The notes under the pieces were generated by a model. That model saw nothing but the letters and a program-made list of their open reading frames with translations, made no database searches and was not told the origin of the DNA. A stretch of DNA of 64,000 nt from Oculina patagonica (lineage: Eukaryota). The stretch is taken from NCBI RefSeq assembly GCF_052425735.1, contig NC_135764.1:33046001-33110000 (forward strand), in the 5' to 3' direction. The position numbers and the translations under genes were made by a program. Every line of letters starts with the position of its first letter. The stretch's first letter is position 1. Below are positions 60,901-64,000 of this stretch, piece by piece.

Positions 60901-62178
60901 CTGTCCAAGAACCAAGATCTTTAAACGTTAATTATTAATGTTTTTAATTCACAGTTGTAACTGTTTATCTTTTTGTATTGCAAATGCACACTTATTGACT
61001 GAATGTGACACATTTCTTTAAAGCTATTGATGACACTTTTGTCACTGTAAAATTAAGTTGTAGCATTGTAGGCATGCGATGCGTGAAGAAGCTGCAGTGC
61101 ATGCAGACGTCTGATAGTTGCAGCCCTTTGCACGCATTGCAGGCCTGTGCTACAAGGTAATAGTCACAGAGATATGTGGCAAAAGCCTTGTAATAGATGA
61201 ATTATACCCACTGGCTTTCTGATTTGCGATTTATCAATAGTCGCATCATCATGCTTGAGACCGTGGCAGGGGTACCGGGTATGATAGCAGCAATGGCTCG
61301 TCATTTTCACTCGCTACGGAAACTCACAAGGGACCATGGATGGATTCATACACTATTAGGTATCAATTTATTTTGTTTATAATTTAGGACTTTGTTTGAT
61401 TCACACATATGAATTGAAAATAATTTCACTTTTTTTTAAAAAAAAACAAATAAAGAGGAAGCTGAGAATGAGAGGATGCACTTGATGACAGCCCTGGAAC
61501 TGAAGCAACCTGGAATTCTCTTTCGAGGGATTATACTTCTTGCACAGGGTGAGGACATTTTATACTTTCTTTACTAAAGTAAAGCCCTCGAATTTACCCC
61601 AAACTGTTCAGCCAGAACATACCAGCCAAGTTTGATTAATCAATAGACCCTTCCACGGTTTCTGACGCCATCTTGGTTGGGGGGCAAACACCGCAAAATT
61701 TACAGTAAATGTATGGAAGGGTCTATTTGTGCTTGTGTTGGGCTGTTATAAGTATTTTGTAGTTTCTTTATCCACCCAGGTGTATAAACAGGTAACATCA
61801 AACTGTTAAGACAACTTCTTAAGGAAATCCTGTGATGAACTGGCATCCTCTCCAGGGTTTGACTACCAATGTGTCATTCCAGAAGATACCTGATACCACT
61901 TTAAGTCAAACTTAATGTTACTGCTGCTCAGACCCTCTCAAGTTTTTAAGACACAGTAGAGAGAGAGTTTTTCTGGTCTGCGTTTTCGAGACATGGTGGT
62001 TAGGGGGTTACCTTACTGAAAAGGAAAAAATTCCTGGCTTCCCTCATTATTTTTTTTTTTTTCAGGTGTCTTTGTGAACTTCTTCTTCATAGCTTACTTG
62101 CTCAGCCCCAGGTTTTGTCACAGATTTGTAGGATATCTGGAGGAAGAGGCAGTTAAGACTTACACTTACTGCTTGAAG
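57953..62178 (+). CDS. AOX: Mitochondrial alternative oxidase, copy B (last two exons not seen, presumably beyond the window)
   Basis: Exons 57953-58096 (presequence [21 protein letters not shown]..), 59125-59264, 60168-60231, 60719-60810, 61241-61359, 61456-61548, 62066-62178. Motifs [38 protein letters not shown]; intron positions match copy A. Confidence 0.93.
58583..58846 (-). mobile_element. tRNA-derived SINE (family of 5768-6044)
   Basis: Collinear similarity with 5768-6044. Confidence 0.8.
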
Positions 62179-62724
62179 GTAACAACTAATTTAATACATG
62201 AAGGACTACAACTTGTAGTTATGTATGGAACTAAAAACAATTACAAGCAGTTGGAAAAAGAAAGCCTGTGTTTAAGAGGTGATGTAGTTATTTTAACCTA
62301 GTGGTTTTTAATCTTTCACTTGCAACATAATGATCAAATATACAAGTTTATTTATATCACTTTGATTTACTCATCTTCTACGTTTATATATTTAACAAAC
62401 TCACAAAGTGACCAGTTCCCATTTGGCTTGATGGCTCAGATTGCTTAGCTAGTAGTGCATTGCACCGTTATCCTAGTGGTCATGGGTTGAAATCCCTAAG
62501 CCTGTTGTTAGGCTTCTTTCCTTATGTTGCACACACAACTGCAATAGTCTTTCATTTTTTAAATCCTTCATTCATAGGTCAAATATATATAAATGATTTT
62601 TCATATCTTTCCTTAGCTATAGGTCAGGAAAATTTACTATAAACTATAACTCAAAAGAGGCGCCGTTCTAACCGTTCGTAATTTTGAAATTTTAAGTTTA
62701 TAACTGAAACCTTTTTAAGTTTAC

Positions 62725-62763
62725 ACTCAGTCTGATGATCGCTTAGTGCGTGAAACTCGAGTT
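62725..62763 (+). ncRNA. Candidate minimal hammerhead ribozyme (Penelope-type remnant)
   Basis: ACTC-AGT-CTGATGA-T-CGC-TTAGT-GCG-T-GAAA-CTC-GAGT. Confidence 0.5.
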
Positions 62764-63084
62764 ACAATTATTTTTTGTCTTTATATTTGTAACTATAAAC
62801 TATAGGTATTTAGGTAAAACTGGCATCTGCAATGAGCCAGTCCGATCAGAGAAGGAAAGAACCATTTGGATTCGGTTCTTGTAGCTTTTGAGGTTTAAGA
62901 TGATGGAGTACAGTTGATTCCCAGCAGTATAACTTCATGGCACCCAATATAGACGCCTTGTCGTCGTTTTAGGCCACGTATGGCAACCGGAAGTTGATAT
63001 TGGTGAACTTTACTCACACCGTACCAGTGAGTTGGACACCTTGCATTTTTTAGCCTGCAATCAGGCGTTCTTTTTTCAATGTTT

Positions 63085-63402
63085 TTGCTTAAACTGAGTC
63101 GATAATTCCGCAGTTCAAATATATGATTTTCATATCAGTATTCATAATTTCATGATCATCTTTCTTGAGGTATATTACGAACCAATTTAATGACCAGCTC
63201 TCAGTTGGCTTGTTAGCTTATTTGGTTAGAGCGCTGCACCGGTATGGCAGAGGTCAGGGTTCCTATCCCGGCAAACCTGATTTTTTTCAGGTTTTCTTTT
63301 CGCAACTGCATAAGTTGCATTAATAACTGCGAGGAACTTCCTCAAGTTTATTTCTTCATTCCGCAGTTCATATATCTGAATTTCATTTATTCATAATTTC
63401 AA
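63085..63402 (+). repeat. tRNA-containing tandem repeat (~253-bp unit, tRNA-like 63207-63277)
   Basis: TTCCGCAGTTCA(A/T)ATAT..ATTCATAATTTCA is repeated at 63106 and 63359, flanking TGACCAGCTC-tRNA-like-CTGATTTTTTTCAGG. Confidence 0.75.
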
Positions 63403-64000
63403 ATACGGCCTTAAGAAGAGACTCAAAGGCATCTGTGCTTTAATACGCTTCCGTTAATTACTTAATTACGTGGGATGGATACCCGCGTATGGTGGGGTTC
63501 CGTTTTTTTCTTCAACACTTTCATTGTAGACAGAAACGTGCATGTTGATTGTTTCCCAGTCGACGCTTTGGTAAATGTCGTGATAACTTCTTTCGAATAA
63601 TTCCTGTCATTTTTCGGCCCATTACCCTGAAAGGTACCACGATTACTCTAATGGTGGTCATTTGAGATTTTGCACCGTAAAAGGTACGAAGAGCAACCCC
63701 GTCATTTTCATATGTGTGATAAGCAAAAACAGAAAGACCCCAGATTCTGTGGTGACATTACGTAAAAACGGCTGGATGACTTCTGTGAATGTAATCCGAA
63801 GATCCTTTCATTAAGGAACTACACTACCAATGTGGGTTGTTAACACTTTTAATATAAAAAAAATCCTCTAACCATCACCGGCTTTTTGAAAACGAAAAAG
63901 CAAAAATTAAAATTAAAAATAAGTAACTAAAGGAGGAGCTAAAAAGGCTAAAAAACTGTTCATACGAGCTAAACAATTCATCTAAAAACAAGTCACGTGG

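Overview
AT-rich, intron-rich animal genomic DNA, most likely a stony coral or other anthozoan (inferred from animal-type AOX, shugoshin and the repeat families; not proven). Hand-built gene models (GT-AG junctions and phases checked): two tandem SNX10/11-like PX-domain paralogues (- strand), a shugoshin (+), alternative oxidase copy A (-) head-to-head with mitochondrial METAP1D (+), a single-exon orphan with an N-terminal MGNCC acylation motif (-), a bZIP factor (+), and alternative oxidase copy B (+, runs off the window end). The most striking observation is in the bZIP gene. Its strong-Kozak first ORF (33 codons) ends at CTT-TGA-C, the shift-site sequence of bacterial RF2, and the long bZIP frame continues exactly in the +1 frame with no AUG for about 114 codons. 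This suggests programmed +1 frameshifting or uORF control; a 1-nt indel is the null explanation. The gene lies between two AOX paralogues that each carry a CRE-type bZIP site about 136-137 nt upstream of the ATG. Mobile DNA includes a near-perfect 1.5-kb palindromic Penelope insertion with hammerhead ribozymes, Helentron/DINE-like elements, tRNA-containing tandem/inverted repeats, SINEs, a LINE fragment and many MITEs.
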